DNA of 64,000 nt from Octopus bimaculoides (Eukaryota): assembly GCF_001194135.2 (NCBI RefSeq), contig NC_068984.1, positions 24,988,999-25,052,998 on the forward strand, in the 5' to 3' direction. The translations under genes were made by a program, and so were the position numbers. The notes under the pieces were generated by a model, which saw only the letters and a program-made list of their open reading frames with translations, had not been told where the DNA came from and searched no databases. Below are positions 1 through 11,610 of the stretch, in pieces; positions within the stretch are counted from its first letter, which is position 1; each line of letters opens with the position of its first letter.

Positions 1-939
1 CTATTACCACACAATTATATATAAGAAATATATATATTACCACACAATTATATATAAAAAAGAATTTCTTTAAAAAATACGAAGTAGATTGTTTATTGAA
101 GTATAACAAAACCAGAGTGGAGGAATATTGATACACTGTTACATTTTGACACTAGTAGTTTAATACAGTGCAAACCAGCTCTGAAATCATAAGATATGAT
201 ATAAGCATTTGTCAGTGAATGTTTAAAATGAAAAAGAGTTGTTTTTGTTTCTTATTTTTTGTCATAAGTGAATATTTAGATTAAAAATATCAAGATGGCG
301 AGATGGTGTGAGGGCGGTTGCAATGGCATTGAGGTAGATCTGGCCACTCCTGTTAATGGGGACAAAACCCGGATTTAAAACACTGGATGATGATGAACAA
401 AGACAATCAAATATGATAAATTAAATATAAAAATATCCTTAAAAAAATCTATTAAATTTCACTTGCTGTAAGATAAAATGTAATACATTGGAAATATTTG
501 AAACTTCTATAAATATTATCAGTCTGAAAAAAAAAAAATGGGAAAACAGAAAAATATTAATGCTGATGACTGGGCACAAGGTCAATTTAGATAGATAAGG
601 AAGGCAGTGTAGTTAACCGAATTAACCCTAATATATTACTGATACATATTTTATGTGCACAAAGTAATAATAGCACCCAATAGGTAAAACCAAATTATAT
701 TCACTAAAACAGCCAGTTTATTATTTTACTGTTTTAGCTACCCTCATCAACCTATTTTAAATATTGATTTCTTATGGAAAGGGCCACAAATTCTTATGTA
801 CTTGATAGTTATGTCTTTCTCAAAGATATTAAGAACAAGGCTAAAAAGAAATTCTTTTAAAAGGGAGTCGAAGCCACGATTAACTGTATTCTACATTGAG
901 CAGCTTAATTTAAGCAAGTAATGGGCTAATTTAGATGCT

Positions 940-1155
940 TTAACCCTTTAGCATTCAGATTACTCTGTTAAATGAAATGCTTATTTATCCAGTCTTGAAT
1001 TAGTTGCGCATCATCTCATATTTTGGAATTTCAATGATGTGACCCTTTATTTTTCTGATATTGTGGATAAGGTGTGAGAGGCTAGACCTGGCTGATTTTA
1101 ATATATACAAAATATTTGAGTCAGATATGATCAGTTTAAATACTAAAGGGCTTAA
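940..1155. mobile_element. piggyBac-type MITE
   Basis: TTAA-CCCTTTAGCATT at the left end and AATACTAAAGGG-(C)TTAA at the right: CCC..GGG terminal inverted repeats with TTAA target sites, no ORF. Confidence 0.6.
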
Positions 1156-1343
1156 AGTTTCTAATTTAGAACCTTCAAGAATATCAGATTATATCAGTGA
1201 ATATTTTAGTTTGTCATTCCATTAGAACCGATATTGATTTAAATTACTATGCCTGATTCCATTCAAGATGTATTGACTTTGTGCCTCATTTAAGAAAATA
1301 ATACACATGCACACACATACACTCATATTAAATAAAATCTTAC

Positions 1344-1770
1344 CCATTGCTATTTCGTAGATTCCTGTGGATTTATCCTCCATACAGCACTTCCGGTCAA
1401 CCAAATAGGCAATAAGGATGAGAAGTGGGAAAAAGAGGAAAGTCACAACGGCTTCCCACAGTTCCACTACATTCGGACTACTGACTAGTAAAACAATGGC
1501 AAGCCACATGTAAGAAAAGAGGCAAAAGAATGAGGTGATACCAAACACACGCATACTTTTGATGCGTCGGAATTCACCTGCTGGAATTGTCATGATACAG
1601 ATACCAGATATGACGAATAAATTGAAAGCAGCTGAACCAACAATGGTTGATGGTCCAAGAGCACCAGCACAGAAGCCGTTACCCAGAATCTCAATAACAG
1701 ACAGTAGGATTTCTGGAGCACTTGTACCAAGAGCCAACAGACTGAGGTTGGCAACAGTGTCATTCCATAC
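1344..1770 (-). CDS. NCX: NCX second coding exon (427 nt): alpha-1 repeat and TM2-TM5
   Basis: Acceptor TTTCATTTAG|GTA at 1771/1770 joins exon 1 in frame to give EVK|VWNDTVANLSLLALGTSAPEILLSVIE...LGPSTIVGSAAFNLF...VVELWEAVVTFLFFPL. Donor ATGG|GTAAGA at 1344/1343 (phase 1). Downstream exons are outside the window. Confidence 0.95.
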
Positions 1771-3036
1771 CTAAATGAAAATAAATAAATAAATTTCAGT
1801 TTCTATTGTTAAAAGGGTAAATGAAAGGTTATTGAGTCACAGGGCTAGAAACATTGATAGTAATGCGATAGAAGATTGAGATTACTTTTCTGTGTTATAT
1901 ATTTTAAAATTGTTTATACAAATATTTCCTGTTGATCCCTGACAACAATCGAATTAAGACCCTGCTCTCTGAACTCAACAATTCTAAACCTACCCCCACC
2001 TAAAAATCACCACTCACATCATACTTTCCCATTTTACACCAATCTCACTGCTTCGTTACTCAAACTTTGCATGAAACACTTTTTTACTTCTGTCCTTCCT
2101 CAAAACTGCACCTTATGGAACTTTTTCAGTCACATAGACATGAAAACTCTGAAAAGAATATATACAATTCCCATCCTTTATAGAATAACACTTCACCCCC
2201 TGCCAACAGGCAAAAAAAGTACAAACAAAAATGTGATGTTGGTGATCAATTGTCAACCAGGTTATACAAGGCAAGTATCATATAGTAATCATAACACTGA
2301 CAATTCAAAATCAATTAATGGACCTATATTATTAATAAACTGTATTATAAACAATTACCATATCTTACCCGATCACTAACATTGTGTTGTCTTCATATTG
2401 AAAACACCTTCCCAAACACAGTTTACTTAGTTACACACATACATACACCATGTAGAGAAGTCACTCACTTATCTAAAGAGCAGGAGCATTAAATAAGTGA
2501 TCCTTAATTCACTACTACATTACAATAAAGGGACAATCTATCATGCATTCTATGTATTAATGCAATAGAGAAACAGTTTTTACTGCTTATAATCAATGGA
2601 TCATAAATATTTGATAACTGCTACCAACAAACGAATGAACTGACAAAGTATACAATAAAATTTCTACTTCACTCCCCTTACTAAAGAAAGAACAAAATCA
2701 TCAAACATCTTCAATAGATTTGAACACATGACCTGTAAGTTATAAGTCCAATACTTAATTCACTTGGCTATTGTAACTACATTGTATTAAGTTTGCTGTT
2801 TCATTTGAAAATCCTGTTATAAGTTAAATTTCTCTTGCTATTCCATACATGATGAGTAGTCAAATTTCCTTCAAATCACACTCAACTATTTTTACAAAGG
2901 GAGGTTACATCAGGCATCTTAAACTATATTACCTCTGGCTGAAACTAAGTGAGATGATCATGACTAGTCATAGATCTGCTGAATTAGGGCTGACCTAGAG
3001 CTAAACAGTTCTGACAGGCTTAACTTCAAACCCTGT

Positions 3037-3038
<2 letters not shown>

Positions 3039-3113
<75 letters not shown>
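3039..3113. repeat. (TC)n microsatellite
   Basis: Pure dinucleotide run. Confidence 0.98.
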
Positions 3114-3114
<1 letters not shown>

Positions 3115-3259
3115 AAGGAATATACCCCAGCATATGAAAACATACAACAGTGTGTCCAGTTGTCATTGAAGGCCAATGTCTGACCCAATCAACTACTAAT
3201 CCACTAGCTTAACTTCCAACATCTCAACAATGATAGGGTTAGTTTAAGCAACCATTTTT

Positions 3260-3600
3260 ATAACCACCTTTCGGTCTTCTACCTTACCTAGAGACCACCA
3301 GTACGGTTTCTGTAGAGTGAACTCTACCAAGGACTTGCTCTCCTACATCATTGATCTCTCAACCTTGCAAACTTTAGCAAAAGCAAGGTTGTTAAAGTAT
3401 TTGTCCATGTCTAGCATGACAGTCTCCTAACTAGATTGCCAATCTTTTGGTTCCCACCATCTCACATTTCTTGGATAAGAAGATTCCTTACAGGCTGATC
3501 CACTGCACTATCTGTCAAGGACATTATCTCATTCTGGTGTATTTTGGTATATTTCAGGGTTCAGTTACATCTACCACATATTTCCTGAAATACCACAATC
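3260..3600 (+). pseudogene. Decayed LINE reverse transcriptase fragment (L2/CR1/Jockey group) in the NCX intron
   Basis: Frameshifted translation gives HQYGFCRVNSTKDLL, V*HDSLLTRLP..SWIRRFLTG and GIFQGSVTSTTYFL, resembling the QYGF, WH..LL and GVPQGSVLSPTLF RT motifs. Confidence 0.7.
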
Positions 3601-4109
3601 TTTTCTCTGTTACATATAACTACACACACATAGATAATATGTAAATTTTTGCAAATTGGCAGCATCCAAACTCAAGTTATAAATCTCATGCCAGATTTTT
3701 TTAATACTTTGATGAATAAAAGCCTGAATGACATCCTTCAATAATAGAAATACTAACTAGTCTCAGGAGGAACACTTTTGTTCAGACCTTCCTTCCCAGA
3801 ACTATAACCATCTGGAACTGTTTCTTCCTCCATTTCTTTCCTACATGCATCCAACACCAAACATTGAACATAAACATGCCTTCAAGACTGAGAAAGTCTG
3901 AAAAGGTCACAGAAATGTTCCGCGTTCCTCTTCTTGCTATCAGATAATAATAATAATTAAAAAAATAATCAAGAGATTTAACCATAATAAATGTTTTAAT
4001 AATAAAATTAAATTTATAAGCATACTATGATGGTCCTTCATATGTGTGATTAAAAGCATCGAGTTCTTTGGTACAAAAACAAAATATAAAAAAAATTTGT
4101 ATAAATTAC

Positions 4110-4397
4110 CTTTACTTCAATTTCGTGGAATCCATTCGGTTTGCTACTGTCAGCTACTCTGATCTTACGGGTTTTACTTGTAATGCGTTCAATGGAACAC
4201 ATAAATGTATCAGCAATAATAGATACACCCAAGAAGCACCAAAATAATCCTAGCAAGTATACAAATGCACGGAACCCTACAGGCCAGGCATCTTCATTAA
4301 GAATGGGTAAAATCAGGCCCGAACAGGATCCATTGTCACTTGATTTTATACAATAGGGGTTGGTAACAGCATTGCTGCTTGGTGTGGTGTTAGCCAT
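4110..4397 (-). CDS. NCX: Na+/Ca2+ exchanger (SLC8/NCX family), first coding exon, 96 codons (N-terminus, TM1, start of TM2)
   Basis: Translation MANTT...CSGLILPIL...FRAFVYLLGLFWCFLGVSIIADTFMCSIERITS matches the NCX motif GVILP...FLGVSIIADRFMSSIEVITS. Ends AAG|GTAATT (phase 0 donor at 4109). An in-frame TGA at 4436-4434 upstream supports this ATG as the start. Confidence 0.92.
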
Positions 4398-4439
4398 AGT
4401 TGCTGCTCCAGTTGATATTAACTGTTCATCTATTCAATC
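4398..4439 (-). other. 5'UTR portion of the first coding exon, with upstream splice acceptor
   Basis: Minus strand reads TTTCATCTTATCTTCTATGTTACAG|GATTGAATAG at 4440/4439: a pyrimidine tract plus CAG. It contains a mini-uORF ATG AAC AGT TAA (4429-4418). Confidence 0.7.
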
Positions 4440-4999
4440 CTGTAACATAGAAGATAAGATGAAATAATTACATGTATCCAAATACATACACACATATATA
4501 CACACAAAATGATGTGGTCTCTGTTTGTCAAGGTTGACCCTTCATCTACATATATGCAAGCCCGGGCATTTTTTTTTTTTTTTGATACAATACTTTTGTT
4601 CCAAACAACTGCCAATTCATCACCTCATACACATATGCACATTAGATAACTGTGAAAAGAGAATGTGTCTTAGTAACCAAGTTTCTTCCAATCTTTGGAC
4701 ATACCTAAATCAGCAGAGGTTTTGCTACACTAATATCTCATCCATTTTAAGAAGTTAGGCTTTCTCTAGAAAGAGTGTTTCTGACCATGTATTTCCATGG
4801 AATGCTCATGATTTGTCTCAAGTGTATCATCATGAATGTATGCAGTTTTTTATTACCTATTTATGTTACATTGTCCATATTTTCTATTTGTAGCTACACA
4901 CATGCTGTTGGTGATACTTTTCCTTTTCTGGTCTGAACTTTCCTGTTTTCTTTTCTGATGAAGATCTATGCTTGAAACCTCAAAAGCTCTCCCATTTTA

Positions 5000-5981
5000 C
5001 AGACCATCAAATGGCCATGCAAAGGTTTTCGGCCACCTCACATAAACCAATCAAGATACAGTGTTTTAAAACAAAAATGTCTATCAAGAAGTTACTATAC
5101 ATTGTTAATATTTCGTGTGATGGTATCCCTTAGCTTAAATAATTGCTTCAATGTGCCTGGGAAGTGATGCATACAAATCCTTCACCATCTTCACAGGTAT
5201 GAGAGGCCATTCCCACAATTCTTCAAGATTGTGTAAATTCTTCTGATGAACTCTTTTACTCTTTTACTTGTTTCAGTCATTTTGATTGTGGCCATGCTGG
5301 AGCACCACCTTTCACCTTCTAATAAGTGAAAATTTGTCAGAAGGCCTCCAGGAAAATGAAATGACCCATGTTACATGATGAAAACAGTGAAGTTTGGGGG
5401 TAAGAGTTTGATGCTTTGGAGATACATAAAAAATGTTGGTTCAAGAAAGTTGGTTGAAATTGATGGTAACTTGAATAGTGCTAAATACATCCAGTGGCTG
5501 AAGGACAATTTAATACCAGACTTGGATGAAGGTGAGATTTTTCAGCATGGCGGAGCTCCATGTCACAGATCACATGCAACACCACAGAGTCTGGCTGATG
5601 AAGGTGTTACCATTTTGAAAGATTGGCCACATCAGAGCCCTAACTTAAATATCATTGAGCAAATGTGAACGGAACTAAAGAGAAGAGTTTATCAGAAGAA
5701 TCCATGCAATCTTGAAGAGCTGTGAAAGCTCAGCCACACAGAATGGTATCTCATACTTGTGAAGATGGTGAAGGATTTGTATGTATCTCTTCCCAGGTGC
5801 ATTGAAGCAATTATTCAAGCTAAGGGAAGTCACACGAAATATCAACAATGTACAGTAACTTCATGAAATGAACATTATGTAATAAATTTTCATTATAGAC
5901 ATTTTTCTGTTTTAAAATACTGTCTTGACTGGTTTATGTGAAGTGGTCGAAAACTTTTACACAGCCATTTTTGATGGTTGT
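5000..5981 (+). mobile_element. Decayed Tc1-superfamily transposon with long (about 250-300 bp) inverted arms
   Basis: 5375-5845 encodes the transposase C-terminal half (KFGGKSLMLW, FQHGGAPCH, WPHQSPNLNIIE, SLPRCIEAIIQAKGSHTKY) with two W-to-stop changes. About 5000-5256 is a diverged reverse complement of about 5682-5981. A SINE tail sits at 5257-5312. Confidence 0.85.
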
Positions 5982-6039
5982 GTCTCATCTTCCCCACTCA
6001 TTCAGAACTCCAACTACAAAATATAATGACCCCAACAGG

Positions 6040-6146
6040 GTCAATATTTCATCTGTAAAAAAACAATGCGAAACATCCACTTATAAGTTGGCAATTAGTA
6101 GAAATTTACAATAGTTTAAAATGGCTGAAGACTTTTGCACAGTACT
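6040..6146 (+). mobile_element. Isolated Tc1-like right end
   Basis: Ends GGCTGAAGACTTTTGCACAGTACT, the reverse complement of a typical (C)AGTACTGTGCAAAAG Tc1 TIR; cut by an RTE insertion. Confidence 0.4.
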
Positions 6147-6430
6147 CATCATCATCATTTAACAGCCACTTTCCATGCTGGCATGGGTTGCACAGTTTGA
6201 CTGAGAACTGGCAAGCTGAGAGGCTGCACCAAGTTCCAATCTGATTTGGCAAGGTTTCTACATCTGAATGCCCTTCCTAATGCCAACCACTCCGAGAGTG
6301 TAGTGGGTGCTTTTATGTGTTATTGACATGGGAGACAGGAGTCAGTCAGGTGGCACTGGCATTGGCCACACTTGAATGGTGCATTTTACATGCCACCAAC
6401 ATGGGTGCAAGTCAGAAAGCACTGACTGCC
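6147..6430 (-). mobile_element. RTE-LINE 3' end
   Basis: (CAT)n tail followed by the shared ~150-bp module TTTAAC..TTCCATGCTGGCATGGGTTG..GATGCCCTTCCTAATGCCAACCAC and 3'UTR repeat units. Confidence 0.85.
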
Positions 6431-6435
6431 TGTGT

Positions 6436-6521
<86 letters not shown>

Positions 6522-8149
6522 NNNNNNNNNNNNNNNNNNNNNNNNNNNNNNNNNNNNNNNNNNNNNNNNNNNNNNNNNNNNNNTGTGTGTGCACATATGT
6601 ACACACAGAGAGTGGAAAATGTCATGTCACCACTTTACAATATTATGATTTTCAAAAGTCAAACCAAACATGCAGCAAAACGAATTGAAATACAAACATT
6701 CAATAGAAAACAAACAACAATTTCTGTCTGGAATTTATTGTAATGTCATTACTTGTTGCCAACTATTTTTGATGATACCTGTTTACACTATAACCGTGTA
6801 GTAACAATAAAATATGTAACTAAGCAGGGTAACAACAACATAACAATCCAACAAACTATACATGAACCAGCAAACGATATTCCGACAAACTATCAAAACG
6901 GCACCTTACGACTTACTGCAATTAACACCTACTCACTCCGTCTCTCACTCAGACTGCTACTATTTATAGTCATTCGGTCAAGTACTCTCACCACGCTAGA
7001 ATTATAACATTAAATGATATAACATTAATATTCTCTATTTCAGTGTTGTATCCATTCTATTTGGAAAAACTTACATTTAGTTTCCTATTCATCTTCTAAG
7101 CACATCTAGTTTTGTATCATAGAAAAAGGTTTCAACCTGTTCTGTATCCCTTCAAAGTTTGAGTTCAAATGTCAAAGAGGTAAACTTTGCTATTCGCCCT
7201 TCTGGGTCAATAAAATGAGTACTAATCAAATACTAGAATAGATATTCCCCACTTAAACTACCTGACCTTGTTCCTATAGCAGAAAAATAATTTTAGACTG
7301 CAAGCTAATCTAACCCAATGTATAAGATTTATCCTTTGAAATGTTGTCAGAACACCATCAGTTTTTTTCTTAGTTTTTTTTTTTTTTTTCAGACAGGACA
7401 AGGGTGAACATCTACACAGAGGGCTGGCCCCTAGATGTGTCAAAAACCAATTGGCCATGTGACATAAATCAAGGGGCCAGCTGTCCTGTAAATCTACTAT
7501 TTGACTCCACAGAACCATCTACTATTTGACTCCTTTGCTATGAACCTGGACAGATACTACAGCACTGGGCCAGAGTGGACCTGGAGAAATTGGGACTAAG
7601 GGCTGCTGACTCCATACTTCCCTATATTCCTATATTGGAGCTTCACCAGTCAGAATAGCTTAATGCTTTGCCCAGGATTTATTAGGCCTATTAGAGACCC
7701 TCAGTATAGATGTTAGGTCTGCAAGAAATCGCATTCAAATCCCTTTGAACTTTAAAAAATAGGACACAAGAAGGTACTTCTAGATGCACTTTGCCTAAAT
7801 CAAAGGCAAAATGTCTAGAATGCCTTTCACTATATGTCTAACAGAGTTAGGCAAAAATATCAAATACTGGTTAAGTTTATTATGAGATACTTCAATTTAA
7901 CATTAAATGAACTTTCAAGATTTTGTCTTGCCCAGTGAGAATAGAGGTGGGGAGGGGGTTTGTACATATTGGTAATATGACATATGAATCAAAATTTGAC
8001 TTTGCTGTGATTTGTTAGTAACAAATATTTACAACATGCTTTTACTTTATCTGGACATCTACATGTATTTGTCATCTCTAGCTTTGAAAATTTAATATAG
8101 TTAAGTGGCATTACAGCAAATTGCTTAGTTTGTTTTTGACCATATAATA

Positions 8150-8410
8150 TAAAGAGAGAGAGGGAGGGATGGAGGGAAAGAGGAAAGAAAAAGAGAGAAA
8201 AAAAAAGAGAGGTAAGAAAAAAAGAAAAAAGCAGGAAAAGAGAACACAGAAATTAGTAAATACAAAAGAGGAAAAAAAAAGAATGCAAAAAAGGAAAGAA
8301 TATGCAGAACAAAAAACTGAAAAGAAAGAACAAAAAAGAACAGTGGAAAAAGGAATGGAAGAAGAAAGAAAAACGAGAAAGAAAAACGAGAAAGAAAAAG
8401 AAATGAAGTC
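8150..8410. repeat. Purine-rich (A/G) low-complexity tract
   Basis: Almost entirely A and G on the plus strand; generates spurious K/E/R-rich and F/L/S-rich ORFs. Confidence 0.85.
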
Positions 8411-9114
8411 ACTCCACATTGGTGTACAATCTAGAATAATATTAGTCCAATTTTTTATTCCACCTACTCACAAAATAGTTTTAAAACTGGCAAACTATTT
8501 CATTTTATTGAAGAAATTCATTCAGTTTTTTTTTTCCTCTCTTTCATACAAAGAACTTAAAAACTGGTATTTGTACAGATAGTCTTTACAGGACAAAGTG
8601 CCAAGATACAAATATATATACATAGCCATTATATGTATATGTGTGTGTGTATGTATGTATGTAGACAGATAGATAGAGAGAGAGGTGAGGGCAGACAGAC
8701 AGAGAATGACAAAAACAGAAAGAGAGAGATAGGTAGACAGAGATGGACAGAAATAACCAGGCTTACAATTATGAATAATAGTAAAAGGTAAAAAATATAC
8801 AAAGGTGAGGAATAAATAAAGCTAAAAGAAACAATATAAAGTGAAATAAAATTTGAAGAAAAACAATGTCATCAAGTTAATAATTAAAAGATAAGGTGGG
8901 TGAGGGCGGATATTGACAAAAATGCAAATATTTAGTTCATGAAAGATATTTCACATGTTTAAATTGGCCTGTTTTGGTCTTTTGTATAGCTTGAAATAAA
9001 TTATTATAAAATAGCGAGACTCTATATTTTAATTTTTCGTTTCTTTTTACATCAGGTGAGGCGGACGATTAATTCATAGAGAGCCATATAACTATTATTA
9101 TTATTATTATTATC

Positions 9115-9158
<44 letters not shown>

Positions 9159-9299
9159 CATACTAAATTTAGTCTTATTTACATTTTGATTAATGTAAAT
9201 CATCATTCAATCATCATTCTCACTAACTAAAAGTTCTATTTTAATATATTATTGTTTATCAATTCATTCCTATCTGCATTCTGGAATAATCGCCCTCAT

Positions 9300-9890
9300 T
9301 ACTTCAGCATTCATTTTTTCATGCTTATAAAAGGTCAGGCAGAATTTGTTGAGGCAGATTTTCTATAGCTGTGCTTTTCTTGTTGTCAACCCTCACCTGT
9401 TTCCAAGTAAGGTAATATTTCCCCATAGCTAGACACGTTTTATTAATGGAAGATCAGAAACAAATGATGATTGTTTACAACCATCATGTGACATTAAAAC
9501 AAGTGGAAATCCCTGCACACCCTCACACACACACAATATGCTTCTTTCAGTTTCCTATTTCTATTTCGTTACTGCCCACAAGGGGCTACACACAGAGGAG
9601 ACAAACAAGGACAGACTAACAGATTAAGTCGATTATATCGACCCCAGTGCGTAACTGGTACTTATTTAATCAACCCCGAAAAGATGAAAGGCAAAGTCGG
9701 CCTCGGCGGAATTTGAACTCAGAACATAGCGACAGACGAAATACCACTAAGCATTTTGCCTGGCGTGCTAACGTTTCTGCTAGCTCGCCGCCTTAGGCTT
9801 CTTTCAGTTTCCATCTACCAAATCCACTCACAAAGCTTTTGGTCAATCCAGAACTATAATAGATGTTTGCATGGCATCTGAGCAAATTGT
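9300..9890 (-). mobile_element. Older CORE-type SINE with RTE-like tail, interrupted by a younger SINE
   Basis: CTTCTTTCAGTTTCCATCTACCAAATCCACTCACAAAG core, a CA repeat and an RTE-like tail matching copies at 18312 and 51600. Confidence 0.65.
9556..9796 (-). mobile_element. Young tRNA-derived SINE (second family) with 16-bp TSD
   Basis: Minus strand reads GGCGGCGAGCTAGCAGAA (A box) .. GAGTTCAAATTCC (B box) .. CCTTTCATCTTTTCGGGGTTGATTAAATAAGTACCAG. Flanked by GCTTCTTTCAGTTTCC at 9540-9555 and 9797-9812. Confidence 0.85.
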
Positions 9891-10810
9891 TCTTAAGCCC
9901 CAGATCAATCCTAAGCAAACACAACCATGGTCAAATATTTCAGCTGAACCATTTTCTCTTTCTAGAGGTATCTAGGTCAACATTATCTAACATTCAAGCT
10001 TTTTCAAAAGATGGTAGGTTATGATTTAAGGGCGATGTGGCTAATATTTCTAACAGGTTAAGATATTTCTATCACTCATTGGATCTCTCTCTAAGTTTCC
10101 TTGAAATGTAGCAATAGAGATTATCAATGCTGTCTCTTGATGGTCCTGAGACTCAAGATTTTCAGGCAAAAATGAAAATTAGAGTTGTAACTCTTACTTT
10201 CCTCATGAACACTAGCATAGAAAATGAAGAGAAATAGCTAATCCGAGCCCCAAGACATGAAACCCAGTTCAACAAGATTCTATATCAAAGTCTCTGGCAC
10301 TCATCATATTTTTGTATAGTATAGTTAAATTAACATCTAATTCTTTATTTTATTCAACCATCGCTTGCAGATTTCTTTTACTTAGTGACACAAGCATATT
10401 CATTAAGGTTCCAAATAAATTAAGCAATGTACCCATGTATATTACTAGTATTTATTTTTTCTTTAATCTTGGGAGAAGGAAGACGCTAATTAATGAAGTA
10501 AATGCTTAATGAGGTGAACATGATCACTTTAATTAATCAAAACTAAACTCATAGTGAGCTGTAAAAGAAATTGATGAAATCAAGCAGACAAAGCTAAGGG
10601 AAAAAACTGAAGCAAGAAAAAAAATAAAAAAATAAAAAACTGACCGATGCCAATATTTTAATCAAAGTTGGTAATTGTAGGGGAAGAATAGTTTGACCTA
10701 TAGCAGACATGGTGAAAACTCTGGATATCTTTTAGTCATATTCAACCTCTTCAGTGAAACAGTCATTTACATATTGATAGATTAATGGAGATAGAAGAGT
10801 GTGATGTGTG

Positions 10811-10850
<40 letters not shown>

Positions 10851-11554
10851 GAATGTACAAATGCTGACAGAACAAAGCCTGAGGGAAATAACTAAAGGGT
10901 ATCGTCCATTATAGTAGAGACGTAATAAAGTAAACTTCATACACAATGTGGCATGCATGACGACCTTTATTAAACAGAACTATAATCAGATCAAGGAGAG
11001 GCAAACATTGTTGAACAATGCTTAAATCAATCAAGCAGAGGAAAGGCTAACAACTCAAAATTAAAACAAATATTTGAAATGGATTAATGCACAAGACCTT
11101 GTGATTAATTACAATTGGAAATTGAAAATGTAATGAGAGGAATGTTGACTTGGGCTCATAATTAAAAACTATCAAGATTAGGTTTCTAACAGAGAGGATC
11201 TTAATCTTGCTTAAGCAACAATACAAACATGTACTTAAAAGAGATGTTTTTGGAGACACCCTATATATGTACAAAATATAATTCACTTGTTATTTCTGAT
11301 GGGTTGACCTGAAATTCAAATGTCAGAAGCAAATAGTAAAACCATAGCAGAATATTTACTCAAGGAATGATTCATCTATTGAAAGGCAACTTCGTTCTAT
11401 AACATCTTAAAACAGTTGCTAGTCATCTGAGCATTTTTAATACATGTATCAACACTAATGTTAGAAGTATTTACATTGGACTATGAACTACTTATAGAAA
11501 TTATGGACAGACTTTCTGTTAGTCATTTATCAAACTAAAGTGCAAAATTACACA

Positions 11555-11610
<56 letters not shown>

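Noticed and set aside
1222-1343. ORF-track extension of NCX exon 2 to a stop at 1222
   Set aside because: Homology ends at the GTAAGA donor; the extension is TG-repeat intron sequence.
1535-4356. Plus-strand ORFs 1535-1774 and 4141-4356
   Set aside because: Antisense shadows of the NCX exons with no independent support.
8111-8582. K/E/R-rich and F/L/S-rich ORFs
   Set aside because: Products of a purine low-complexity tract.
9700-9796. tRNA gene
   Set aside because: Only A/B boxes of a SINE head; no cloverleaf, and it continues into a SINE body with a TSD.
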